Shown one piece after another: positions 11,213 through 22,040 of a stretch of DNA of 64,000 nt (the first letter of the stretch is position 1; each line of letters opens with the position of its first letter). A program made the translations under genes and the position numbers. The DNA lies in contig CAVPRW010000032.1 in the NCBI GenBank assembly GCA_963707985.1, positions 64,001-128,000 of the forward strand. Direction: 5' to 3'. Under the pieces are notes generated by a model. It made no database searches, was not told the DNA's origin, and saw nothing but the letters and a program-made list of their open reading frames with translations. This DNA comes from an uncultured Nitrospinota bacterium. GTDB taxonomy: Bacteria; Tectomicrobia; Entotheonellia; J063; CAVPRW01.

Positions 11213-11740
11213 ATGGCAACACGTAGTGTGCCCGTGTGTAGGCACGGGGAGATCGCAGCCAAGGCGATTGTGGATGAAGAGGACTTCGAGAAAGTGTGTA
11301 ACCAAGTGTGGTATCTAATGACGGATGGCAAGCATAGGAAGAGACGCTATGCGCAAGCGAGCGTCAAATCCCCTGGAGGGAAGTGGCGAACGGTGATGCT
11401 TCATCGCGTGGTCTTCGGGCTGACCGAGAGGACGCCGGACGTGGACCACGTAGACGGCGATGGATTGAACAACCGGCGCTCAAACCTGCGGCTGGCGACC
11501 AGGAGCCAGAATAACCAGAACATGTAAGCCCAACGAAAACCCGGCAAGTCGTCACGCTTCCGTGGGGTCTGCTGGAACAAGGCGAAGCAGCGGTGGCAAG
11601 CCAGGGTGAAGCTGAACGGCAAGACGGTCTTTTCTCGTTGCTTTAAGACCGAGTTAGAAGCGGTGCGAGCGGTCGCGGCAGCACGCGCTAGGTGGCACCC
11701 ATTCAGCCAAGAGGCGACGGCGTTGCTGCGCAGCGCGTAA
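11213..11740 (+). pseudogene. HNH-AP2 endonuclease with in-frame TAA between the domains
   Basis: MLHRVV..DVDHVDGDGLNNRRSNLRLATRSQN (HNH). After TAA at 11525-11527 the same frame reads SSRFRGVCWNKAKQRWQARVKLNGK..FKTELEAVRA (AP2). Confidence 0.85.
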
Positions 11741-11790
11741 CAGGGGGAGGGAACCTAGATGCAAATGGGCTGGTTGCCCATGCGCTGCGG

Positions 11791-12090
11791 TCAGAACAAG
11801 TGTAGTGTCGATGACATCTCAGGGGTTGGGCTCAGCCACGAGCTGAGGATCACACACCAGACAAACACCGAAACAACGATCAGCCCCTGCTGAGTGCCCA
11901 TCATCCAGATGGCTCCAAGGCTGTATGACGCCATATAGGTCAGCAGGAAAATCACCCCGAGGGCAGAACCCAGAATCAGGTGGCCTAACGGATGACTCAT
12001 CGCCAGCCCAACAACCGACCCTAAGATCACACTTAATATCAGCCCCAGAGCCAGATCCATGTTATTAAGAACATGATGAACCCACCCCAT
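11791..12090 (-). CDS. Small hypothetical membrane protein
   Basis: AAAGGAG RBS; about three hydrophobic helices. Confidence 0.55.
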   Translation of the reverse strand: MGWVHHVLNNMDLALGLILSVILGSVVGLAMSHPLGHLILGSALGVIFLLTYMASYSLGAIWMMGTQQGLIVVSVFVWCVILSSWLSPTPEMSSTLHLF

Positions 12091-12262
12091 CTTGAGTCGT
12101 TCTCCTTTCCGGAGGACTCTGCAGAATTTGATCGACCATCTGTTTGGTAATATCGTCGACCTGGCGCGCCCATGCCAACGAATTCTTTTCATGCGATCGA
12201 TGAACGATTGTCATGCGAGGGCAAAGTGAGCATGCGGCAAGGAACTCGTGGAGGGAAGAGAA

Positions 12263-13507
12263 CTACTGGGGTTTCAACGTCATGGGTGTTTTGAAGGCTG
12301 CACGTCGGGTCGCAAAGATGACAGCCCCGAGGACGCAGCAGATACCACCGAGCATCAGTGTCGCGGACGCACCGATTTGGCCGGCCAGACCCCCGGCAAT
12401 TAAACTGCCCAAGGGCACCATCCCGCGCACGGACATGGTGTGGAGGCTCATCACCCGGCCGCGCTTGTCATCGTCCACAAACGTCTGCACCAGCGTATTG
12501 GCCGCGGCCAGATGGACCATCATGCCAAAGCCGGACACGAACATCATGCCACACGACAACCAGAAGAATCGTGATACGGAAAAGCCGATGAGCCCGATGC
12601 CGAAAATCGCCGCTGACACGACCAGGACGGTTCCCAAACCAAGTACACTGTCACGGGAGGCGAGAAACATCGCCCCGATCAGGGCCCCTATGCCTGCCGC
12701 ACCCATGAGGAAGCCGAGCGTCTGAGCGCCGCCCCGCAGCACTTCCTGAGCAAAAATCGGCAGGAGCGTCGCATACGGCATTCCCATGAAACTCACCACG
12801 GAAAGCAACAGCAAGACCGATCTGATCGGTGGCGATCCAAACGCATATGTCAGACCTTCACGCCATGCCTGCCAGATTTGAGGGCGTTGTGCTCGCATAC
12901 GTTTGGGGACGATAGTCATGGCCATGAGAGCCGCGATCACGGCCACGTAACTGACGGCATTGAGCAGAAAACACATGCCCTCGCCGACGGAAGCGATCAG
13001 GATGCCGGCGATGGAGGGGCCGAGCAATCTGGCGCCATTCACGATCGAGGAATTCAAGGCAATGGCGTTGCCCAGATCTTCACGAACCTCAATCATTTCG
13101 ACGATCAGCGCCTGGCGGATCGGTGTGTCGAAAGCATTGACGATGCCCAGAAACAGACTTAGAAGGACGAGATGCCAGACGGCGATGACATTCGTCAGGA
13201 CCAGTGCAGCGATCACGGCCGCTTGAACCATGGCCATGACTTGCGTGACGACCAGCAAGCGATGACGGTCGTAGCGGTCGGCGATCACCCCGGCAAATGG
13301 CGTGAACAGGAGCGTGGGAGCCTGGCTGGTAAAATTGACCACGCCCAACAACAGGGCAGAACCCGTCAGCCGATAGACCAACCAACTCATCGCCACGCGC
13401 TGCATCCACGTGCCGATCAATGAGATGCCCTGGCCTGCGAAAAACAGCCGATAATTTCGATGGCGGAGGGCACGACCGATGCGCTGTAGCATCATGCGGT
13501 GTCTCAC
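12263..13507 (-). CDS. MFS transporter (MFS_3/DHA3-like)
   Basis: RALRHRNYRLFFAGQGISLIGTWMQ, GVIADRYDR, about 12 TM segments. Confidence 0.92.
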   Translation of the reverse strand: MRHRMMLQRIGRALRHRNYRLFFAGQGISLIGTWMQRVAMSWLVYRLTGSALLLGVVNFTSQAPTLLFTPFAGVIADRYDRHRLLVVTQVMAMVQAAVIAALVLTNVIAVWHLVLLSLFLGIVNAFDTPIRQALIVEMIEVREDLGNAIALNSSIVNGARLLGPSIAGILIASVGEGMCFLLNAVSYVAVIAALMAMTIVPKRMRAQRPQIWQAWREGLTYAFGSPPIRSVLLLLSVVSFMGMPYATLLPIFAQEVLRGGAQTLGFLMGAAGIGALIGAMFLASRDSVLGLGTVLVVSAAIFGIGLIGFSVSRFFWLSCGMMFVSGFGMMVHLAAANTLVQTFVDDDKRGRVMSLHTMSVRGMVPLGSLIAGGLAGQIGASATLMLGGICCVLGAVIFATRRAAFKTPMTLKPQ

Positions 13508-13671
13508 AGTATTGGTATGGGGTCGAGTCCGGTCGTCTAAGAGAAGGGAACTATGTCGACACCCCCCGACGACCCTAGTCGTAATGATGCGGGAGCAGTG
13601 CCCAGAGCCGGTTGAAGGAGCAACCAGGACCTAGGGGGAGTCGACATGTGTGTAGACTGGCGAAGCGCGTG

Positions 13672-14712
13672 TTATCTGAACAGCGCCAGGCACTTCGGGG
13701 CATTAAAGAGCCACGTCTCACACCAATCAAGGAGTTTCATCTTGTAATCCAGCTCCGCCATGGCGCCTGCCAGGCAGACCCAGTTGAGGACCTCCTGTTG
13801 GCCAGCGGCCTCCATCTGCTGCAGTGGCAGGTCGCGCCACTTATCATACTCCCCTGCCTGGAGGTGCCCCAACAGCGCCCGATCCGCCGCCAGGTCGGGA
13901 TACATGTAGTGGTTCTTCTCCGTCAGGAAGCCGTGCGACCAGCTGGAAGAGGCCATCAGCACCACCCGCCAGGGGCTCTCTTTCAGAACACGGGCGGTGG
14001 CCTGTCCCATCTCGAAGCAGCGCCGCGGCGACGGGGACGGCGGATCTGGTTCGTCCGAGTATTGCGAGCCGCCGCCCCGGTTGCGAATGACGTTGCTCCC
14101 ATAGCAATTGACCGCCACGGGGAGGACGGGATAATCGAAGCCCTTGCGGTCCAGATCTAAGAACAGCAGCGTATTGGCGAAGGCATGGCCGAGCCCATCT
14201 TCATGCAAGGGCCGATAGGCATAGGACATATCGATGCCTTCCTCCAGGAGACGACGGGCCAAAAACCTCCCCGCAGCGTGGTGTCCAGGATTGTTGAATA
14301 CCTTGTCTTCCGGCTCGCCCCAAATGTTCGGACGGCCGCGCAGGCGCTTGTAGGGCGCGAAGTCGAGCTTATCATAGGCCAGAACACAGAAGGGGGGAAT
14401 GATGTCTTCTTTGAAATTCTCGTACTGGTCATCTCCCCACATGACGATAAGATCGGGTTTAAAGGCGTCGATCTCCTCCCGAATGGTGCGGAAGGCACTG
14501 AATACACGCGCCCGGTGTGCCTTGTGGGCAGCAATCCCTTCATCATCGCCGAATTCCATGCGCATCGGCTCTGGCCAGTTGGCGGGATTCTTCATGTGCT
14601 CGGGGATACGCGGATCGCTGTGCAACATCCGTGCTAACGGCCATGGCTTGTATTCGTCCGGCACCAAGCCTGGCGGATAGTGGGTTGCTCCGATACCTAA
14701 GATCTCTCCCAT
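13672..14712 (-). CDS. LigB-like extradiol ring-cleavage dioxygenase
   Basis: GIGATHYP, MWGDDQYENF, LGHAF and ASSSWSH motifs. Confidence 0.85.
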   Translation of the reverse strand: MGEILGIGATHYPPGLVPDEYKPWPLARMLHSDPRIPEHMKNPANWPEPMRMEFGDDEGIAAHKAHRARVFSAFRTIREEIDAFKPDLIVMWGDDQYENFKEDIIPPFCVLAYDKLDFAPYKRLRGRPNIWGEPEDKVFNNPGHHAAGRFLARRLLEEGIDMSYAYRPLHEDGLGHAFANTLLFLDLDRKGFDYPVLPVAVNCYGSNVIRNRGGGSQYSDEPDPPSPSPRRCFEMGQATARVLKESPWRVVLMASSSWSHGFLTEKNHYMYPDLAADRALLGHLQAGEYDKWRDLPLQQMEAAGQQEVLNWVCLAGAMAELDYKMKLLDWCETWLFNAPKCLALFR

Positions 14713-14928
14713 GGGTGAGCCCTCCCTTTCCGTTGCCCACAGTTCTGGACGTCCCCTCTACCCTACTCGCCTTGCGTGCTTAGTGTCAAGTCCTGACGTT
14801 TGTTTTTGATTTCCCATGCTGCGATCGTTCATGCTATCCTCGTCAGCGGAACCATGAGGAGGATGCAACGTGACACCCTGCCTTCCCATGAAGGCCAGGT
14901 GTCGGCTGGTGTCGTCGAGAGGAGGGTG

Positions 14929-16071
14929 ATGATGGGGTTGCAATTCGGCATCTTCGACCATATCGAGCCCGTGCCGGGTGAGACGTTAACGCAGATTTAC
15001 CGGGAGCGCTTGCATCTTCTGGAGCGCTATGATGCCGCAGGATTCTATGCCTATCATCTTGCCGAGCATCATACCCCTGCAGTCCACAGTCTGGCCCCGT
15101 CGCAGAATGTCTTCCTAGCCGCCGCCTCGCAGCGCACCCGACAGTTGCGGCTGGCACCGTGCATTTATGTGCTACCACTCCATCATCCATTACGATTGAT
15201 CGAAGAAGTCTGCATGCTTGACCATCTCAGCGATGGTCGCCTAGAAGTCGGTGTCGGGCGTGGCGGCGTGCTCGAAGCCTATTTTTGGGGCAGTGATCCC
15301 GACGTCGAGCAAAATCTGACGCGTTACCGCGAAACCCTTGCCATCCTCAAACTGGGGTTGAGCCATGAGGAGTTAACGTTCAAGGGCGAATTTTACAGTT
15401 TCGATGCCCTCCCTATGCGGTTGCGCCCCAAGCAGCAGCCCTACCCACCCATGTGGTATATGCGTAATGTGGAGACCGCTGCCATGGATGGCATGAACAC
15501 GGTGATCGTTGGCTCCCTGGATAGCTTTGAGGTCAACGTCGCCCGCTATCATGAGCTCTGGACAGAGCATCAAGGTGCACAGGGACGAACCATCCAGGGG
15601 ACAGCGCCCAAGATTGGTCTGGTGAATCATATCGTGCTGGCGGATTCAGAGGCGGAGGCGGTGAGAATCGCCACGCCGGCCTGGGGCGAATATGTGTGGA
15701 ATCTTGAGGCTCCACGTCGGTTGGAGGCCGAGCAGCGCGGCCTGACGCAATTCCTCGGGGGCAACATGAACCGGCGACCGGCAGGCTTGCCCGACCGCGA
15801 GGCAGACCGTGAGCGCTACCGGATGCGCGAGATCTCTGAGGCACAACGGCACCGGCGCGTGACCCCAGGGGGCATCGGTGGGGATGGCCGCGGGGCTGGC
15901 TTTAGCGTCATCGCCGGCACACCGGACTCCATCCGCACCTATATGGACGAGTATGTTGCCACTGGCGCCAATTACTTCGTGTGCTCGTTTCAATGGGGTG
16001 GTCTCACCCACGATCAGGCCATGCGCTCCATCGATCTCTTCGTCGAGGAGATTATGCCACAGTATCGATAG
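14929..16071 (+). CDS. LLM-class flavin-dependent oxidoreductase
   Basis: FGIFDH, YHLAEHH, HPLRLIEEVCMLDHLSDGRLEVGVGRG, PKQQPYPP. Confidence 0.92.
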   Translation: MMGLQFGIFDHIEPVPGETLTQIYRERLHLLERYDAAGFYAYHLAEHHTPAVHSLAPSQNVFLAAASQRTRQLRLAPCIYVLPLHHPLRLIEEVCMLDHLSDGRLEVGVGRGGVLEAYFWGSDPDVEQNLTRYRETLAILKLGLSHEELTFKGEFYSFDALPMRLRPKQQPYPPMWYMRNVETAAMDGMNTVIVGSLDSFEVNVARYHELWTEHQGAQGRTIQGTAPKIGLVNHIVLADSEAEAVRIATPAWGEYVWNLEAPRRLEAEQRGLTQFLGGNMNRRPAGLPDREADRERYRMREISEAQRHRRVTPGGIGGDGRGAGFSVIAGTPDSIRTYMDEYVATGANYFVCSFQWGGLTHDQAMRSIDLFVEEIMPQYR

Positions 16072-16139
16072 CGACACCCTTGTCTTGGGAGTATGCCCCA
16101 ACTTTGCGGGTCATCCCACGAGGGAGGGCGGAGAACGTT

Positions 16140-16724
16140 TCACGTCCGTCCTATTGTTTGCAGAGAACGGTACGAGGGCACCGATAGGTTTCGCGGCCGC
16201 AGAGAACCCACGTATAGCTCTCTGCCATCATCGAAGCGCCCCAGTGGAGGCAGTACCTGGGCAATCTCGCGTGCTGCCGCGTTCGCGACGAAGATTGCTC
16301 CGCCGATCAGCGTGAGTTTCTTCGCCGGTTGCCCCGGAGCGAAATCCATGTCAGGCAGATCCACCCAACACACGTTCGGGCTACGCACTGATTCAAAGTC
16401 ATCGCGCTTGTTCTTATGATCCGAGACCATGCGCCAGATGGTAGACGAGATGTTCGGTTGCCCTGGCATTGAGATGCCCAGCGCTACCGATACATTGCAA
16501 ATCACCGAAAAGGCACTGGCAATCGCTTCCACGTTGTAGGCTGTCTTGGAAATGGCATTGATCTAAAACGAGGCTCGCGCCAACTGATCGGCCGCGCGAT
16601 TGGCGCCGGGCAGCATGGTCACTCCCCCGATTTGCTGCCAGTAGGCATCGAGGGCCAGTTGCTGATCGTAGTCTGGCGAGTTGGTCATGACCTGATACTG
16701 GCGACCATCATGATGAACTAATTG
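16140..16724 (-). pseudogene. C-terminal remnant of linear amide C-N hydrolase (choloylglycine hydrolase family)
   Basis: GRQYQVMTNSP..LPGANRAADQLARASF*INA..PNISSTIWRMVSD. N-terminus missing; internal TAG. Confidence 0.75.
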
Positions 16725-16765
16725 CAGGCGCTGAAGTCGATGATGTGCTCGACGATAGCCTCTCC

Positions 16766-17467
16766 TTATCTTCCATGTATTTTCCTCCCGATGGCCTTCT
16801 CCTCAAGCGTCCCCAACTCCTCCAAGAGGGCTTCAAGGGAGAACCCCTCCTCCAGGTCAATCTGCCAGATCAGATTGCCTTGGCCCCACGCGACAGAAAA
16901 TGTCCCCATGAGTGTGCTCTCAAGTGTCAGCGTCTCATGGTCCCACGGATGTGTGTAGATATGGATCGCGCCGGACCGCCCATCATACTGCCCGCCCCGT
17001 TCAACGTCCTCCTCATAGACCACATCAAAGATCGCCTTGAGGTCCTCTCGGGTATACCGGTAATTCACCTCGACGGCGGCTGCCTGCGTCGCCAGCCGCG
17101 TCTCGTCCTCCTCTACCTCGGATCTGCCTCCTGGCGATCGTGCCTCGGACACGAACTCCGCTTTCACCTCGTTGACAATGCAGTCCACGATCTCCTGAGC
17201 GTCGATGACAAAATCATCCTGGGCCAGCGGTGCCACGATGTGCGACCGAACGTCCTCGTACCACAAGAGTGCCATCTCCTCCGTGGTGATTTCAAGTAAT
17301 AAGGCAAGGGCCAACTGCGCCGACCCGCTGCCGCCATCGCCCCACGAGAACCCATCAGGACTGTGGTTTCTCACGCGCAAGCTCCGCTCAGGGCGCACCT
17401 CCCTGCCACCGATCCACACCTGTTTTGTGTCCCAATTCCCTCGGATCTCCATCACAGTCTCCCTCAT
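16766..17467 (-). CDS. DUF6166-like domain fused to an unknown acidic domain
   Basis: RNHSPDGFSWGDGGSGSAQLALALL resembles the DUF6166 motif HSPxGFxWGYGGSGPAQLALA. Confidence 0.65.
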   Translation of the reverse strand: MRETVMEIRGNWDTKQVWIGGREVRPERSLRVRNHSPDGFSWGDGGSGSAQLALALLLEITTEEMALLWYEDVRSHIVAPLAQDDFVIDAQEIVDCIVNEVKAEFVSEARSPGGRSEVEEDETRLATQAAAVEVNYRYTREDLKAIFDVVYEEDVERGGQYDGRSGAIHIYTHPWDHETLTLESTLMGTFSVAWGQGNLIWQIDLEEGFSLEALLEELGTLEEKAIGRKIHGR

Positions 17468-17550
17468 TCACAGGCTCCCACGTGGAATCGCCCCATGATC
17501 GCCAGGCCACCCCCGCTTGTCAATCGCACGATTACGCTCGTGACGTCAAT

Positions 17551-17580
17551 AAAAAAACCCGATCAGCCAGACGATCGGGC
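17551..17580 (-). terminator. Rho-independent terminator
   Basis: CCCGATC-N8-GATCGGG followed by T7 on the minus strand. Confidence 0.7.
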
Positions 17581-17687
17581 CTGTTGTCCTTGCCTCTCCA
17601 ACGTCCTGAGGTGTTCATCAATACTCGCGCTGAAGTACTGACTTCTTCCATTCGCCAACTTTTCCCAGCCTTTAAGACCCTTCCCAG

Positions 17688-18128
17688 TTGAAGGAGGCCT
17701 GGCCAGATCTTTGGGGTCCGCGCTTAAAGTATGTCCTACTCTCCAGCCTGCTCTGGCTGTTCAGTCTGAACGGCGCAACCTCGCTGGATCTGCACCGATT
17801 CCTGGTGGAGCTGGAATGTCGGCAGAGGCTGGGCAGTCGACTCAGGGATCCCCAGTTCCTCCAGTTCTGGCACCAGGAGTTCGCCACCTACACCAAAACG
17901 TTTCGGACTGAAGTCATGGCGCCGATCGTCAATAAGATCGGGCAATACCTTACGACCCCACTCGTGCGCCATATCATCGGCCGGCGCACCAGCGCGGTTT
18001 CCTGTCGCACGGTTATAGATGCTGGAGGCATCGTGCTGGCCAATCTGGCCAAGGGCCGGAGCGGCCAGGATGTCTCGATGCTTCTAAAATCATCGCTCGT
18101 CAACCAGCTCGCGGAAGAACTCCGCTAG
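17688..18128 (+). pseudogene. Internal fragment of a VirD4/TraD-like type IV coupling protein ATPase
   Basis: WGPRLKYVL..FWHQEF..APIVNKIGQYL..GIVLANLAKG; truncated at the IS1634 left end. Confidence 0.7.
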
Positions 18129-20070
18129 CGCGACTTTCCGAAAATTCATCGTCTGCTCGTACTGGATAGGTCAGGAAGTATTTGACAAGCCTGGCTTAGG
18201 AGTATGGTCCCTTTCCTGAGAACGTATACATAATCGATGAGCATAAAAAGATCATTAGTACAAATGAGTTGACGGGACCATGTAGGCGATCTATACATAA
18301 TCTATGGCCAGCCTCCAGCGCGTAAAAGTCGGTCGCCACACCGACTACCGGATCGTGGAGTCCCGCCGGGTCAACGGGAAACCGCGGCCGATTCCCGTCT
18401 TGCATCTGGGCACGGCCGAGCAACTCCTCCAGCGGCTGCTGACGCACCCCCAGCCCCCCTTCACCCGCCGGTCCTACCCACATGGGGATGTGGCCGCCTT
18501 GAAGGCCATGGCCGATCGGCTCGGGCTGGTGGCCCTGATCGATCGCCATCTCCCCACCTCCCGGCGCCCCCTCTCCATTGGCACCACCCTCGTGCTGGCG
18601 GCGATCAATCGAGCCGTGTGGCCCTGCTCCAAGCGCGCCTGGGCTGCCTGGGCCCAACGGACCTCGGTCCACCGCCTCTTCGACATCCACCCAGAGGCCC
18701 TGACCAGCCAGTATTGCTGGGATCAGATGGACGCCGTGTCAGGGGTGGCGTTGGAGGCCATCGAGGCAGAGCTCACCCGCACCGTGGTCGATGACTTCCA
18801 CCTCAAACTGGACACCCTTGTCTACGACACCGCCAACTTTTTCACCGACCTGGCCAGCGGCAATGAGCGCGCCGCCATCGCCCAGCGGGGCCACTCCAAG
18901 CAGAAACGCTTCGATCTGCGCCAGTTCAGCTTGGCCCTCTTGGTGGCCCGTGACGGGCAGATCCCCCTGTATGCCGACATCTACGAGGGCAATACGGTGG
19001 ATGCCACGCGGTTTCCCGCCTCCCTCACCGCCATCCGGCACCGGGTGGAGCACGTGGTCGGCCAATTAGAGGACCTCACCCTGGTCTACGACAAAGGCAA
19101 CAACTCCAAGTCCAATCAGGCGCTGGTCGACCAGCGCCCGGTGCACTATGTCGCCTCCCTCGTACCCAGCCAACACGCCGACCTCAGCGCGATTCCCGCG
19201 GCAGCCTACACCCCCTTGGGCCCAGGGCCATTGGCCAAGCTCCCCGTGTAGCGCTGTGAGCACACCATTTGGGGCGTGGAGCGGACGGTGGTCCTCTTCA
19301 TCAGCGCCAAGCTGCGGATGGGCCCAATCCGGGGCCTCCACCAGCACATTGACCAAACGGGTACAGGCCCTCACCCAGTGGCAACAGACCTTGGCCAGAC
19401 CCCACAGCGGCCCGCGCACCCCCGCCAACGCCCGCAAGCAGGTGGCGGCCCTGTTGACGGGACAGTACATCCCCCAGGTGTGAAAGATCGTGTACGACGG
19501 GCAGCACACAGGGGCCCACCGATTGACGTGGGGGATTGACCACGCCGCGCTCGAGCAGCTGGAAACGGAGGTCTTCGGCAAGCGGATCCTGAGCACCGAT
19601 CAGCATGCGTGGTCCACCGCGGAGATCATCCTGGCCTATCGGGGGCAGAGCCGGGCCGAGGCCATCTTCCGCCAGCTCAAGGATGTCCGTCACCTGGCCG
19701 TGCGCCCGCAATACCACTGGACCGACCACAAGATCCGCGTCCATACGTTCATCTGTATGCTGGCGCTCCTGCTCAGCCGCCTCGTGGAGCGCGAGAGTCG
19801 GAGCGCAGGCTATCAAGGCAGTCTGTCGAGCCTCCTAGATGTCCTCGGGTCCATCCGCCTGGCCATGGTCCGGTGGCCCGCGGAGTCCCCCCGAGGGCAA
19901 CCTCGCTGTGGGTGGGTCTTGGAAGAGCGTGAGCCAGAGGCCTGGCATCTTTATCAGCGCTTGGTCCCTCCAGTCCCCCCATGTGTGTATACGGCTGAAT
20001 CGGGCTAAAATGCCCTTCTAGCCTTCGTTTATCATCGCTCAATAGATACTGTTTCGGAAAGTCGCGCTAG
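18125..20070 (+). mobile_element. IS1634-family element with decayed transposase (18304-20008)
   Basis: Perfect 19-bp IRs CTAGCGCGACTTTCCGAAA (18125-18143, 20052-20070). Motifs YDTANFF, RGHSKQKR, VYDKG, RPQYHWTD. Internal TAG and frameshifts. Confidence 0.88.
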
Positions 20071-20309
20071 GCGATTCTCGGCAATGTCGGAACCATAGTG
20101 GTCTTTCGTGTGGGGGCGCGTGATGCAGGGATGCTGGCCCCGGAGTCTTCCCCGGACGTGTCCCCCACGGACTTCGTGAGTCGGCACAACCGCCAGGCCT
20201 ATCTGAGAGAGTGTTCAATTGCAGAGAGATATTAACCCTATTCATCTCTCTATCTCATTGATTTATCAAGAGAGTTGTTCTACCTATCTCTCTAGTTTTT
20301 AACACTCTC

Positions 20310-20490
20310 AACAATGGACGGCTGCGGTGCTCGTCCCATGAAGAAATGGAGCGACTGCTCGCAGTGTCTGATGAAGGGTTAGCCCCAGTCCTCATCACCG
20401 CGCTCCATACGGGGCTCCGTCGAGGGGGACTCTTTCATCTAACGTGGCAGGACATCGACTTCAAGCTGGGGGTCGTTCGTGTACGGCAGA
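20310..20490 (+). pseudogene. Tyrosine recombinase/integrase fragment
   Basis: NGRLR..EEMERLL..ALHTGLRRGGLFHLTWQDIDF (box I); next to the tRNA 3' end. Confidence 0.75.
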
Positions 20491-20535
20491 ATCGCTTACG
20501 GGGACCCGTGACATGTGGTCAGGCCCTGAGGGGAC

Positions 20536-20611
20536 TGGAGCGGGACACGGGTCTCGAACCCGCGACCTTCGCCTTGGCAAGGCGACGCTCTACCAACTGA
20601 GCTAGTCCCGC
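20536..20611 (-). tRNA. tRNA-Gly (GCC)
   Basis: GCGGGACTAGCTCAGTTGGTAGAGCGTCGCCTTGCCAAGGCGAAGGTCGCGGGTTCGAGACCCGTGTCCCGCTCCA: 76 nt cloverleaf with encoded CCA. Confidence 0.97.
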
Positions 20612-20676
20612 CCCTCGTGAGGCCCCTGAACCTTCAACCGAGTATGTCAGCAGAAAAGCTAGAATCAGGTGACAGG

Positions 20677-20706
20677 AACATAACCCAAAAGCCTTCCTCA
20701 AGTCAA
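20677..20706 (-). promoter_or_regulatory. Putative sigma70 promoter of tRNA-Gly
   Basis: TTGACT-N18-TATGTT about 65 nt upstream of the tRNA. Confidence 0.55.
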
Positions 20707-20796
20707 GCGCGATTTTTGACATCTTCTCGCACTGCTCTAGCGCGAGAAGGCAGCTGTTCGCTGTCCATCAACTGCTCTTGCAGAGACCTGGTGAGA

Positions 20797-21285
20797 TTAG
20801 CTTGACAGCTTATATCCAAACCGCCTGAGCAATGCTTTACGCTCTTCCATGTCTTCCGCGGTTTCGATTCCTTGCGATTTGAAGCCATCCACCACGCCCA
20901 GAATCGCCCGTCCCTGGTCGGTTTCCCCGACAATTACCTCTACGGGGTTAGCGGTGGCACAGAAAATGTGACAGACCTCTGGGACATTCTTTACGGCGTT
21001 GAGGACGTTGATGGGGAAGGCATTGCGTAAGAGAATGAGAAAGGCATGTCCGGCAGAGAGGGTTAGGGCATTACGCTGCGCCAGTTCCAGGAGCTCGGGA
21101 TCGGTCCCGCTGACGCGCACCAGGCACGGACCAGAGGCCTCGCAAAACGCTAGCCCAAACTTGATCCCCCCGACGCACGTCACCAGGGCTTCGTGCAGAT
21201 CCTCAACCGTTTTGATGAAATGCGATTGGCCGAGGATAAAATTGATCTCGTCTGGTTTCTCGATCTTCACAGTCAGCAGTTCCAT
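20797..21285 (-). CDS. Adenosine-specific kinase family protein (DUF355)
   Basis: [41 protein letters not shown]. Confidence 0.88.
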   Translation of the reverse strand: MELLTVKIEKPDEINFILGQSHFIKTVEDLHEALVTCVGGIKFGLAFCEASGPCLVRVSGTDPELLELAQRNALTLSAGHAFLILLRNAFPINVLNAVKNVPEVCHIFCATANPVEVIVGETDQGRAILGVVDGFKSQGIETAEDMEERKALLRRFGYKLSS

Positions 21286-21641
21286 CCTCGGTCCTCTCCA
21301 CTATCGAGAGTTATCTGCTCGAGATGTGAATAATATCGTCGGCGGGTCAGCTTTGTCCAAGTCGCCACTCGCGCTCCACAGGTCTTGTGTAGCATAGATG
21401 GGTGCAGCGGTCAAGCCGGGCAGGGGAGCCCGTGAGCCTCATGCGCATAGCGCCCCCTCACTCCACGATGTTTTCACCATGGGTAATGCGAGCGATTGAC
21501 CATGGCGGGGCACTCGTGTTAACTAGCGTAGGTCAATGGTCTGCTGTCATAGGCATGGACCAGAGGCCTGTCATCGTTTCATCGAGGCTCTAGGAGAATT
21601 GTGTTGAGGTCATTGCACGCGAGGTCTGCGAGGAGACGAAG

Positions 21642-21980
21642 ATGCCAGAGTATCTGACCGTAGCGCGTGTCACTGCGCTGCCTCCTGGGATGGGAAGGGT
21701 GGTGACGGTGAAGGGACAGGAACTCGCGGTCTTCAACGTCGAGGGAAAGTTCCACGCCATGGACAACCGCTGCCCGCATCAAGATTACCCACTGGGGATG
21801 AGTCCCATTTTCGACAACTCGGTGGTTTGTATCGGGCATGCCTGGCGTTTCGACATCAAAAGCGGCGAATGCCACTCTGTGCCTGGTGTTCGTGTGCGTA
21901 CGTATGAGTTGATCATCGAGGGAGATGAGGTCAAGATCCAGGACGACGCCATTCCCGACCAGCATACGACGCGCCTTTAA
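21642..21980 (+). CDS. Rieske 2Fe-2S ferredoxin
   Basis: NRCPHQ...VCIGHAWRFD (CxH/CxxH). Confidence 0.88.
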   Translation: MPEYLTVARVTALPPGMGRVVTVKGQELAVFNVEGKFHAMDNRCPHQDYPLGMSPIFDNSVVCIGHAWRFDIKSGECHSVPGVRVRTYELIIEGDEVKIQDDAIPDQHTTRL

Positions 21981-22040
21981 CCGGCACGAGCGAGGGGACA
22001 CCGAAGGCTCAGGTGTCCCCCACTGCTGATTGTCACCCCG

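Noticed and set aside
20519..20629. Partial complementarity between tRNA-Gly leader and trailer (GAGGG/CCCTC, TCAGG/CCTGA)
   Set aside because: Short and GC-rich; at most an ordinary precursor stem, not an att duplication.
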